A stretch of 64,000 nucleotides of DNA, taken from the NCBI RefSeq assembly GCF_052425735.1, contig NC_135770.1, forward strand, positions 26,846,001-26,910,000. Reading direction: 5' to 3'. Shown here piece by piece: positions 12,766-23,100 of this stretch. The translations under genes were made by a program, and so were the position numbers. Source of the stretch: Oculina patagonica. Lineage: Eukaryota. Every line of letters starts with the position of its first letter. Within the stretch, counting starts at the first letter, position 1. The notes below the pieces were generated by a model. That model did not search any database. It saw only the letters and a program-made list of their open reading frames with translations, and had not been told where the DNA came from.

Positions 12766-15106
12766 CCATTCAATTAGTCAGTCAGTTAGTCGTTAGGGTA
12801 CAAATGCGAAATGTTGCGCCACACAGCACTGAAACTGAAAGCTGGAAAGTAAAGAAATAACTGTAATGTAATTTAAAATGCTGAAAAATAACCCACGATT
12901 TCCTTCTAAGCGTTCTTGGGGTATATTCCAGCACCTAAAAGTTAAGTGGAGTTAATTCTCTACTTCCCATCTTCTAGTTTCAGTGCTGTGTGGCGCAATA
13001 TTGCAATTTCTGCGTTGTCACGAATTACCGCCTTAATAGTACACTCAACAAAATTACTGGATTCTGATTGGACGAGAGTACCTATTACCTTAATCTCTTT
13101 TGTTTTCGCGGGATTTAAATTTCGCGAAAATTTTTTCGGCTCATTTCGCTAGTCCTTAGTTTCGCAATCGGGGTGAAAACTTGCGTTTGCAGGGAATTTA
13201 GTCTCGAAATTGATTTCTGATTTCTAAAGATTTCTAGAGCTTCTTGCTTTTTCTTATTGAAAGGTGGGATGGTTCATTTTAAAGTTAGTGATGAAATCTA
13301 TCGTCGATCGTCCCCTTTCATTCAGGGAGGTCTGGAAATTTCTGTTGGATAATATGTGAAATGGACGATACACCGAGGAACAGGACAATAATGGAAAGAT
13401 ACAAGACACTCGTAACTAACAAGGAGCTGGGACAGGATGGTCAATTTGCCGACTGTACAGAGGCGGATGTATTGGAGGAACTGTGCGAAAATGATTATTG
13501 ACACTGATTAACATCACATGTTGATAGATAATAGCTCTGTGTAACAACTTGTGTTAAAAATTGTTTAGGACCCGTGAAAACAGAGTTACATGATTTTTCT
13601 GTCCATTCAGTCGCGAAGGTACTTTTCTTTCCGAAGTTGCTCTCTCGAAGACTTCCGAAGTTGATCCAAAGACTAATTTAGATTTTCGAAGTTGAACCGA
13701 AGATTTCCGAAGATATCCGAAGAGCTTGCAAAGACTTCCGAAGATTTCCGAAGTTGACCTGAAGACTTCCGATAACTTCCGAAATTAATCCAGAGACTTT
13801 TGGAGTTGAAATAAAGTCTTTCGATAAAAAACTCGATGGTTGATAAAGGCTCGCGCAATTTTAAGAACTTTCAAAACACCACTCATACCTTTAAATCACG
13901 ACAACTACTCGAGGTCGGGCAATTTCCTACCCAAAAATTACCCACGATGTGCTCCTGTCTGACTAGCTCAGTCGGTAGAGCAACTGTGATCTAATTCGGA
14001 GGTTGTGGGTTCGAATCCCACATCGTGAGGTGTTTGTGGTCCCAGATTTCCTTTCTAGAGCTGACACACAGAAGAAAAACCTGGATTAATTTTCAGCACT
14101 TAAAATTTCATTAGAGTAACCTCTCTTCTTTCCAGGAGTCAGTTAGCCATTCCGTCGAGGAGGATACGATAATCAGCAAGAATAGTAATACTTATTTGTT
14201 CTAGAATATACTTACCATTAACACCACAGTAGCGGTAACGCATGTCTGGCGGTCGTTTTAGCTTATAAACATAGTACCCGCTGCAGTTCCGTATTTCAAC
14301 GGGATATGACGTTTGACAGCAGCTCGAATGAGAATGCATACACACGGTTCTTGACACCAACTCGTAAGCTGCAGTGGGATGATCTCCGTCACTGATCCAG
14401 GCAGTACCTATCGTGTTGCAACTATATTTCGGAATGCAATATGTTGGCAACATTGTTCCAGCACCCCCAGTGAAGCGGTACCACTGGCCACTGATAATGG
14501 TATCGTAATCCTTATAAAGATAGATAATACCATCATCATAGCTCCAATATCTGTTTGCCTCACTGAGTTCGTTGTACACGGACGGGCTGCATTCAGCTGG
14601 TATAGGAACTGTTAAGAAAAACAAAACAAAACTTGCACTTTGCCAAATCGCACTTTGCCAAATCGCTTCCATCTGAGTAAACAGACGTCCCTGTTCCTGT
14701 GCTCAAGTCCTTCAACGTTAGAGAGTTGTGAGATTCGACCAAAACAAATCATTGGCGTACCGCTTTTAAGAGATCTGCGAGTGGTTTTGATTGTTTTTTT
14801 TTCACCTTGTTTTGAATGGACCACTTTACTGATATGGCGACCATTAAATTGAATTCCACTATTTCAAATAGCTTTCATGCCGGGGGGGGGGGGGGGGACA
14901 TATAGATGTCCATTTGCCCCCTGAGCATCCCATGATCTCTTTTGAAACAATGGAAATCTTTATATTGGCTAACTGCAATAGAAAATAATGATTTAGGATG
15001 CAATGTTTTACCGTTTTCCGTACTTTTTGTTGTGTTCTTTTTTTGTTGTAAAGTACTCCAAAACTAGCTGTAGGCAAGTACTCTCACGTGAAAAAGTATT
15101 ATTTAC

Positions 15107-15142
<36 letters not shown>

Positions 15143-18100
15143 TTTACTTTGGTCTTCTACATGTTAAGACAGAAATCCTTGACACCTGACCTATTCCCAC
15201 AACGAAAATGATGACAGTCTTTCATTTATTTTTTTTATATCAGTTTAGCTCGATGAATTCCATTTAATCTTGTGCTGTTTTGACAACCCATACTCATTTT
15301 AGGTTTTGTGGCAAAGTTTTTCTCCCGCCTTCCATTATCGGTTTTAGACATTAAGGCAAGTTTGTTTATCACAGCGACAGCTAACAGTAACATGGTCAAA
15401 AAAGTCTTGTAAAATACATTTTGAAAAAGCTATCACCATAACGTTGCAGTGTTGTTATATGTTGATAAAGTATATAGAGATGAAGGTACTTACACGTGCA
15501 TATGCGCAAATCACACTGCGTTATGTCAGGTGGTCTGTAAACATAAAACTCGCCACAATTTCGAATTGATATGTAATAGTGTCTAAAATAACAAATATCT
15601 CCACTATGATGGAAACAGAGTTGACGCTCGACAACACCATCGCCCACAGCAGGATGGCCACCTCGGATCCAACCCGGTGCATTTGCGCCGCAGTGGTAAT
15701 CTGGTGGCGCGTATTCAGGAACGACGGCTCCACCACTTCCTGTAAAACGAATCCAACTTGTACCAGTGAACGTAGTGCTGTCACAGCCGCCGCTTGTAGC
15801 ATCGTAAACAGAACGGGATGGGTCTGTTATGTTAGTGTAGTTGATGCATTCTGTAATGAAGAAAAAAATGGCTCAGTTCTTATTTTTATTATTGAAAAGT
15901 GCCTTTTATTTTTTACGCTTTCATCAGCGCAGTTTAGAACTTAAAGTTGGGTTCTGTGAGATATTGGAATCGATAAGGCGTGTAAAAAGGACAAGGAAAT
16001 AATATTCCCGTATGGGTTTTCTTCGTTTAGCTTTGAAAAACCTCCAAAAGTCCCAAGTTTAAAGGTCACATTGTGATCCTTTATTGACATGTCGATATTG
16101 CAATGAAAATACCACGCAACAACTTAATTTCAATTACCCAAGTATTTTAACTTAATAGAAAAATTATGAACATAAAATACTTGTAACTTCGCCTTTTAAT
16201 GAAACGCCAACGTTGCTCAATCGTTTTAGTTGCGTTTTCACTGACCTCAATCAACTTAGCGCTAGCGGACCTTTCAGAAAACAGAAGTTCACTTTATCGG
16301 GTTCAACCGATCACGTCTGTGGGTTGTACTCGTTAGATTTCGATCTTTTTTATCGTTTCGTTTTTCAATGCAGGTTGATTGTCGACGAAATTATAATTGG
16401 TGGCAAAGAAAGAAAGAAAAGGTATCGTTGTTGGATTTTATACTTCACCCTTTTGAAAGTGCAGTTACATTCGACTAGAAGACGATACCATAAGACAGTT
16501 ATGAAAAACTGGACGGAAGTGAAAAGTGATTTTGTTTTATTCAGTTGCAAGGCTCTAATTGAGGAGAGTGATATTCATATAGGCCCATAATACAATATGG
16601 GGTCCGGACAATATGTGCCCCTTATACACAAAAGATATAAAAACAACTACCGGTATGAATTAAACCCTTCTTACCGTCTACACTTAGAACTTGTCCAAGA
16701 TGACACAAAAAAGTTGTCAGCAAAGAAATAAAAACCTGTGGCGAAAAAATTTATAACATAAGCTCCTTTCATTGAACTTTAATCATTTTATGATATTTAA
16801 TGAAATTGGCTCAGGAATTCTTTTTGCTTAACAAAATATTTGGTGATAAACGTATCTTTGATAAGGGGATGTTTTTTTGTCAGGTTTGAGAAAAACACTG
16901 CTGCATATTGACATATTTGTGACGTTCCCTTCGTCCGAATCAATAAGAGTTAGAGATTAGGAGTTTAGTTATAAAATGATATTTACAAAACTACAATGCA
17001 TAAATTCGCAATGTTAGTGTTCTGCTTTGGAACGGATCATACAAGACACAGCTGGGAGTGACGTTTTCCACAGTAGATTTATTTTCGCTTAACTTAATTT
17101 CACTTTAACTTTTCAGTGAAAGAAAAACGAGATATAGTGTACGCTGCGTTCGGTTGAAAGCCATTGTGTAGATTTTTAAAGTTGGGCAAAGACTGTTTTG
17201 GAAACAATTCAAGTCAGAAGGCAGTCTTTGATGTTTAGCATACCACACCACAATTTCGACATACTGTATCATTGTTTTATTTTTCACCGGGTTTCCACGT
17301 AACACAGGTCACCATAGTACCAGCGATATCCTTTTCTATAATTTTTTCGAAATCTAATACGTACAATTTTGTATCCATTTTTTATTTCAATAATTTGGAG
17401 CATCGTACCAACTTTAGATGAAATTTCACAACAATTTGTTAGGCAGTTTTTGAAAAAAAAATCTTTCAGGAAATGAAAACCGCAATTACCGTAATGATCG
17501 TCAGACTGTTGCCACACGACAAAGTTGTAGTTTTGCTTAAAATCTTTGATGGGTTCCGTTGAGCTGTTTGACTACTATGCCACTCTGATAACAAGTTACC
17601 GCGTATGAAAAATAGTTTTCATTGACAAGTTCCCGGGTATAAAAAAGTTTTAAGTTTTTTTTCGATTGACGATGAACAGGTTTTTTTCATCCACTTCGAC
17701 TTGAATTCTACATCCCTTTCGAAGAGCAGAAGATTGATTGCCACTGACAGCAGACAAAATCGGTTTCTACGATCATTGACTTAACTTCTTTCTCAGTAAT
17801 TTTTCGGAAAGGGTTAAAGTTTTTAAAGAGTATCAGGTAATAAGTTTGAGATTAATATAAATGACTTTTAGCACGACTTTTCTGACATAATACAATTTTC
17901 TCTACTTTGTTTAAGAAGAAATGAAATTTGCTCAGGCAAAATGTAGTCACCTGTTCGGCAACCAAGAATGACACATAACAATCTTATCACGTTCCGAAGG
18001 GCAACGTAAATTTCCTTTGCATATAAAGATGGGAAGAAGTTATTATTTTCTATGAACCAGTTAGACATTAAACAGTGGACGAACAGTATAAATGGCAATT

Positions 18101-18673
18101 TAAATAACACTTTCCTTTTGGAAAAAAATACACGATGTGAATCAGCAGTTTAGTTTTTACAATTTTGATAATGTCTCGAATTATGATTTCAAATAACTTT
18201 TCTCAGTTTACAAATCTATTATTTCATCACTTTTTAGCACTCCGTCAGAGCAAACAGAAGTTATTAAAATATTAAACTAAAGCAATCAGTATTGATTTTA
18301 AAAACATTATAAATTCAGCAAAGCGGCATTGAGGTTTGGCTAAATCTACCCGCTTTTTGGTATGTTTTAGGTATGTGTTAGGGTGGAAGAAGTGTTAAGA
18401 CATTGTTGAACATTTAAAATCGATTAAGTTTAGTACATTTATCAGTTTCCAACAGAACAACCTCAAAAAGTGAGAAGCTTTAAGGGTCGTTTATCTTACT
18501 TAACTTCACTTTAAAGTAAAAGGAAACAACTATTTAAATTTTCGGTTAAAGATGGAGAAATGGATTTCTTCAAATGTCCTATCTGGCAATTCCCAAAGAA
18601 ATTTAATTAAAATAACGAATATACTTACTATTGATTGAAGAGCCACAAATCTCCGAACTTGTTCAAGACACAT
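3514..18673 (-). CDS. Multi-exon gene A (3'-partial): secreted or cell-surface protein with signal peptide, 4x uromodulin/GP2-type D10C, 3x mini-EGF and 5x cbEGF; uromodulin/OIT3/GP2-like
   Basis: Exons in transcript order: 18673-18629, 16735-16675, 15850-15494, 14608-14216, 12282-12199, 11848-11726, 11025-10903, 10267-9875, 9509-9429, 9102-8980, 8497-8108, 4321-4241, 3914-3792, 3636-3514; all GT-AG with compatible phases (0, then 1-1); last exon ends at a donor with no stop. Confidence 0.85.
3792..3914 (-). CDS. Gene A exon: calcium-binding EGF
   Basis: 123 bp, phase 1-1; inside ORF 3748..3960. Confidence 0.9.
4241..4321 (-). CDS. Gene A exon: 4-Cys mini-EGF ([26 protein letters not shown])
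   Basis: 81 bp, phase 1-1, CAG acceptor and GTAAGT donor. Confidence 0.8.
5318..7716. mobile_element. Non-autonomous foldback-type DNA element with roughly 650-700 bp terminal inverted repeats
   Basis: 5318-~6010 is the reverse complement, with a few indels, of ~7085-7716 (e.g. GCGGCTACTGTAACCGGGGTCACCCAGACAAAG); no credible ORF inside. Confidence 0.85.
8108..8497 (-). CDS. Gene A exon: D8C/D10C domain 4
   Basis: 390 bp, phase 1-1; [22 protein letters not shown] motifs. Confidence 0.9.
8980..9102 (-). CDS. Gene A exon: calcium-binding EGF
   Basis: 123 bp, phase 1-1; inside ORF 8966..9241. Confidence 0.9.
9429..9509 (-). CDS. Gene A exon: 4-Cys mini-EGF ([26 protein letters not shown])
   Basis: 81 bp, phase 1-1, GTCAGT donor. 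Confidence 0.8.
9875..10267 (-). CDS. Gene A exon: D8C/D10C domain 3
   Basis: 393 bp, phase 1-1, ten Cys; ORF 9801..10235. Confidence 0.9.
10903..11025 (-). CDS. Gene A exon: EGF ([12 protein letters not shown]...[10 protein letters not shown])
   Basis: 123 bp, phase 1-1, GTGCGT donor. Confidence 0.85.
11314..11553. mobile_element. Palindromic Penelope-type pLTR fragment with degenerate hammerhead motifs
   Basis: Inverted arms ~11335-11415 and ~11437-11518 containing CTGAAGA...GAAA; flanked by the direct repeat AGGAACAAATGTACT at 11299-11313 and 11554-11568. Confidence 0.7.
11726..11848 (-). CDS. Gene A exon: calcium-binding EGF ([12 protein letters not shown]...)
   Basis: 123 bp, phase 1-1, GTGAGT donor. 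Confidence 0.88.
12199..12282 (-). CDS. Gene A exon: 4-Cys mini-EGF ([27 protein letters not shown])
   Basis: 84 bp, phase 1-1; inside ORF 12014..12334. Confidence 0.8.
12695..12765 (+). repeat. (TCAA)n microsatellite
   Basis: Pure tetranucleotide run. Confidence 0.95.
13951..14030 (+). mobile_element. tRNA-derived SINE head or tRNA pseudogene
   Basis: TAGCTCAGTCGGTAGAGC A-box and GGTTCGAATCCC B-box, but no intact acceptor stem. Confidence 0.6.
14216..14608 (-). CDS. Gene A exon: D8C/D10C domain 2 (8 Cys)
   Basis: 393 bp, phase 1-1; ORF 14139..14672. Confidence 0.9.
15105..15141 (+). repeat. (TTTA)n microsatellite
   Basis: Tetranucleotide run. Confidence 0.9.
15494..15850 (-). CDS. Gene A exon: D8C/D10C domain 1 (ECINYTNIT...CDLRICT; 8 Cys)
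   Basis: 357 bp, phase 1-1; ORF 15396..15647 covers its 3' part. Confidence 0.88.
16675..16735 (-). CDS. Gene A exon 2: hydrophobic part of the signal peptide ([20 protein letters not shown])
   Basis: 61 bp, phase 0-1, CAG acceptor and GTAAGA donor; joins exon 1 and the first D10C exon in frame. Confidence 0.7.
18629..18673 (-). CDS. Gene A first coding exon ([15 protein letters not shown])
   Basis: ATG plus 14 codons, then GTAAGT in phase 0; mirrors the first exon of gene B. Confidence 0.6.
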
Positions 18674-20059
18674 GACTGCTTCAAATTATTTTACCTTCTC
18701 TTGATGCATTATAAACATCTCGCACAGGCAGATGAATTTTTATCAATATTCATAAAAATATTCCGCTTGGGGTCCTTTGATAAAGTTCTAGAATAAGTTT
18801 CAAAAAGCACTCCCTCGCTGTATTCAAGGCAACTTTAATTAACAATATCAAAATATCGTAGTTTGACTTCTCCTGTTGTACAAATCAAACTGTATTGAAA
18901 GCAAATGATGTTTTATGGCATTTCATTGTTATCGAAACTTGTTTATATATTTGGAACTAAACTTTTCTTTCGGACTCAAGGAACTCTCGTTCAATATTAA
19001 TATCTCTTTCGGAAGAAATTAAATTGTTAATTAGATTTTGCTCGATTGGTGAGACATAAATTGACTGTTGACAGAACATACTCTAAATGCCTTGATTGGC
19101 TTTAAAAAAAAATGGCAACATTTCTTCTCAAAGCTTCTTTTCACTGGATTTTCTAAATGCTTTATTATTTTTCACATACTGTTTTAGAACCTGCAAAATC
19201 CATGCTTGTAAGAATTCTTTAAAATACACGTCAAAAATTAATTTAATTTTACTTATTCTCATTAGTAGATGATTCACGTGAGGTCTAGTTTCAACATCGG
19301 ATTCATTCAGGGCACTGCAGGACAGCTGGGTACAGTTAAACTGTTACTGGAAAACAAAAAGCAAAGCAGATTTTTAGCACAGAAACGTTCTCATGGATAT
19401 TAATAATAAAACATATTTTCAAAAGTTTGATACAAATTCCTTAGCTAAAGTTGTTTTCATTTTCATTTTTTTTAGGAAAAAATTTTGGCCAAAACATCAG
19501 CTACGCTTGTTAATTTCGAAATTTTAACCAAACATCACATTAAATCTAAAAAGCACTATCATTTTTTAAAAGTATTAACAAAGACTGGAGATTCATTGAT
19601 ACTGATAGTCAGAATAGGCGACCAAGTTTTTATAGTGTACAATGTAAAGTAGAATTATTGTTATTTCCTTTTAACAGTACTGTTTTGTCTCTTTGCTTTA
19701 CTGGCCACCTGGTATAGTTTCTGAACATGTACAGTCAAGATTACTAATAGATTCAATAACATTGAGAAATGTCATAAGGGACGCGGTATTCGGACACTTC
19801 ACAAAGTTCAGCCAAGGTCTTTTAAAAACAATGGCTTTTAGCAAGGCGAACGAATTAAGGGCTTCCTCCCGACAACCTGTTTTTAAACAATGCTTTGAGC
19901 AGTCTCTTCTTTAATTAAAAATAACTCGAGTTTCATTCACACAGCACAGTCGGAAAAGTTCTACAAATTTAAATGACGCACAAACGAAATTTTGTTAGTG
20001 CTTCGTCCACCGGAATTAATCAAAACTGATCGAAGATATCAAAATTATGTTGAACAAAG
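18674..20059. promoter_or_regulatory. Divergent intergenic region (putative bidirectional promoter) between genes A and B
   Basis: Lies between two oppositely oriented start exons; TSS positions not determined. Confidence 0.5.
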
Positions 20060-20074
20060 ATGTTATTCGAAAAC

Positions 20075-20116
20075 ATGCGGAAACATTCTCTATTTGAAGC
20101 GCATCTTCCGGTCCTT
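20075..20116 (+). CDS. Gene B first coding exon ([14 protein letters not shown]; alternative in-frame ATG at 20060)
   Basis: ATG...CTT then GTAAGT, phase 0. Confidence 0.6.
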
Positions 20117-23100
20117 GTAAGTATTCTGCATTTTCTTGGCTTTTTATTTCTTGTTTTTGTGTTCACGCATTGCATTTATATGCTTAGATTTCAAAACTGT
20201 ATTAAACTTTGCACATTAATGTAAATAGCAGCAGCACTGTAGCTTGGATCATATCCATTCATTCAATTATTTCTCTGTTAGAAAATTAACACGAAAATAA
20301 TCGTACCGTTTAAGACCAGAATTTCATTTTGACATGTTTTTATGTTGAGTATTTTCAATAGGCAGTATGCGGTAAGAGCGCGCGGTTAGCAAAATATGCT
20401 TTACACCAGATCAGTATAACAACGTTCTTTTACAATACAAACACCGGCAAAATTGGCATTAAAATCGGTGAAGTCGTACGTTACTAAGTGATGAATATGA
20501 ATGAAATACATTTTGTTAAAACTCTTACGCACTTTATCAACAGCTAAAAATTAGTTTACCAAAAGAATTCACAGTAGAATTGAGAAAACTTGTTTATTTA
20601 TCTATTTAATTTTTTTTTTTTTTCAAATTGGAGTTCATTTTGAACATAATCACAGTTTTATAGTATCTGAATACTGTCCTGAATTGGAAAGTTAATGTTT
20701 CGTTCGTCAATTTTTCCTCAAGATGTAAAGTATTTTAAAACTTAGTATGATATCAATCAAGAACAGTAAGCAACTATCATGTCACAAATTGATTAAAATT
20801 GAGGGGAAGGGGGAAGGGAGGGTGAGGGGATGAACATCAAACGAAACTCAAAGTTGTCCTGAATAAGAAGATAGCCTGTGTGTATAAGTCCCCTTTCCGT
20901 CAAAATCCCAATTTATTTTAACAAGAGGGATAATTATAATTAAATATAACTGTACAACAAAAACAACAATTTTGAAGAGTTGTGTCTTATGCTACCGTTT
21001 CGCGATCGAGCGCTTTCCTTCGGTGTCATGTGAACTTCGACTTTTATTCCTTTTGTGCCGCCTTAGCAATTAGTTTTTTTGGGAAACATGTTCTATTTAT
21101 GCTAAATAATCAAAGATTTGGCTGTGGGCACCTTAATCGTTGAAAATAATTTTTCTTTGGTGATCACGGTTCGTTCGTCCTTCTTCATGGTAAAAACAAT
21201 CCAATTTTTTTTTCCAGTTAGCGGAAACGCTCAGAACCAGGGAAAGCGTGTGTTTAAAAGAGGTTTTCCCTTAGAAGAGGTAAAAATGCAGTAGTTTTGT
21301 CCGGTCACAACCACAGAGGAGTGACCGCTAAAGACAGGAGTACCCCTATTATTTTCGAAGTCGAAATGAAGAAAGATTAAGGTAACGAGGTAACTTGTTT
21401 TGTTTGCTTTTCCTACGTAGGTTGTACAGCTTGTTTTGCTCATCTCCTCGTCGACCTTAGCTCAACAAGGTATACATCAAAACAATCACTTATATTCATA
21501 AACTATACTGTATTTATGTCCAATTCCGCTACAACGAATGTAAAATTGACAAAAAAACCATGCGAAACCGGCTGTTACTCCAGCAAGAGCAACTGTTAAA
21601 CATTACACCTATCATAGGAATAAAATAAACGATCCACTTTAATCTATCTATCTATCAATTTTCTAACCTTAATTGAAATGCGTATTGTTGATAATTTATT
21701 GAATAATAAACAGTTATCCTGCTCGATCTTGTGAAATATCTTCTGATTCTAGCGAACTTGGCCTACAGCCTCGTCGGCTAAATAAATCAGGCGTTATTCC
21801 GCGCGATTTCGCAGGATAATTGTTAATTATTTTATGACACAACAATTTAGAGTGTGATAAAAGTCTAAACTCCCTCTCTCTTTGCAATTTAGAATGCAGC
21901 GAATACATCAACATAACTGACAACAGTAGATCAGTTAGTGCGACGGGCTTAAGACTTTGTGACTCTGGCGCAGTGTGGACCACCAATAACGATTGGATCC
22001 GCTTTCCTATAAGTGGTGAAACATGGATGCCGGAATATTGCCCACCAACGCACGCCTGTAATACGGATGCGCCAGGTTGGTTAAGTGGCAGTCATCCTGC
22101 GGTGGAGGATGGGATTGTTCAGCGTCGAGTTTGTTTTCACTGGAGTGGTGATTGTTGCATGTGGTCTATAGATATACTAGTTCGAAACTGCAGAAAGTTC
22201 TTTGTGTATCAGCCATTATTTCAAGTACCAACCTGTTGGCTACGTCTTTGCGTTTCACATGGTGAGTTACTTCACAGTCAGACACTTTCAGTTCAAATCG
22301 CAAAATATTTCTTCCTCTTTTTTTATATAACTTTCTTTTAATGTTAGCTCCGAGAATTTGTTGATAACTCCCCATAGCTGATGGTTATCTTCATTCTCAT
22401 CACCCTTCGGCTTAACAACATAGTGATATTGTTAGGAGAAATTTGAAGTTGATCAATCTTTGGAACTGGACAGTTGAAATCAATTTTCGATCAGGTATTA
22501 ATTGATTGCATTTTCAAGGTCAATGTGAATGGTGCAGAAGGCAATCATTTCATACTTCTCTGATGAAATGAATACTCCTTACCTCATGACCACAATAATT
22601 AATGTCACCGTTACTCAAAAGTCTTATGCTTCTTCCCGCTGGGGACTCCTTCCCGCTGGGGACTCCTTCCCCCAGGACTCCTTGCGCTGCCGGCCTAAAT
22701 CCTTAACCTTTTATAGACTATTTTTGACAGAAAATGGGAATCCTTTCATATTCTTTCCGTAGAAAATGGTACCCCTTTTATCTACATACAGTAGATATCG
22801 TCTCTTTTGCAGGGTTTATTTTAGTAACAACTTAAAATACTTAGATGTATCAGCCGTTAGCAGGAGCCGTTAGTTGCGCCTCTTTAACATATTATAACTA
22901 AATTCATATTATAACTGTTCGTCAGAAGTACACAGTTCTTGGACACAGCGTCGTCGTTAATGTCAGACGACAATGAACCCTGTTTACTTGATAAGATTGC
23001 AGTTGTCTGCTGCGCCTTAACAAACTGTTGCAAGTCAGTAGTTGCATCAGATTATGAGTCCTCAATTCAAGATATTTGTCAGCTGTACATTCCAGGAACA

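Noticed and set aside
12571-12777. ORF with INQS repeats
   Set aside because: Translation of a (TCAA)n microsatellite
13640-13830. AAGACTTCCGAAG repeat cluster
   Set aside because: Degenerate subrepeats of a dispersed repeat; similar sequence occurs inverted inside the hAT MITE at ~60470-60580
13951-14030. Possible functional tRNA gene
   Set aside because: A and B boxes are present but the acceptor stem does not pair; treated as SINE-like
8226-15944. Plus-strand ORFs overlapping the D10C exons
   Set aside because: Antisense shadows of the minus-strand coding exons
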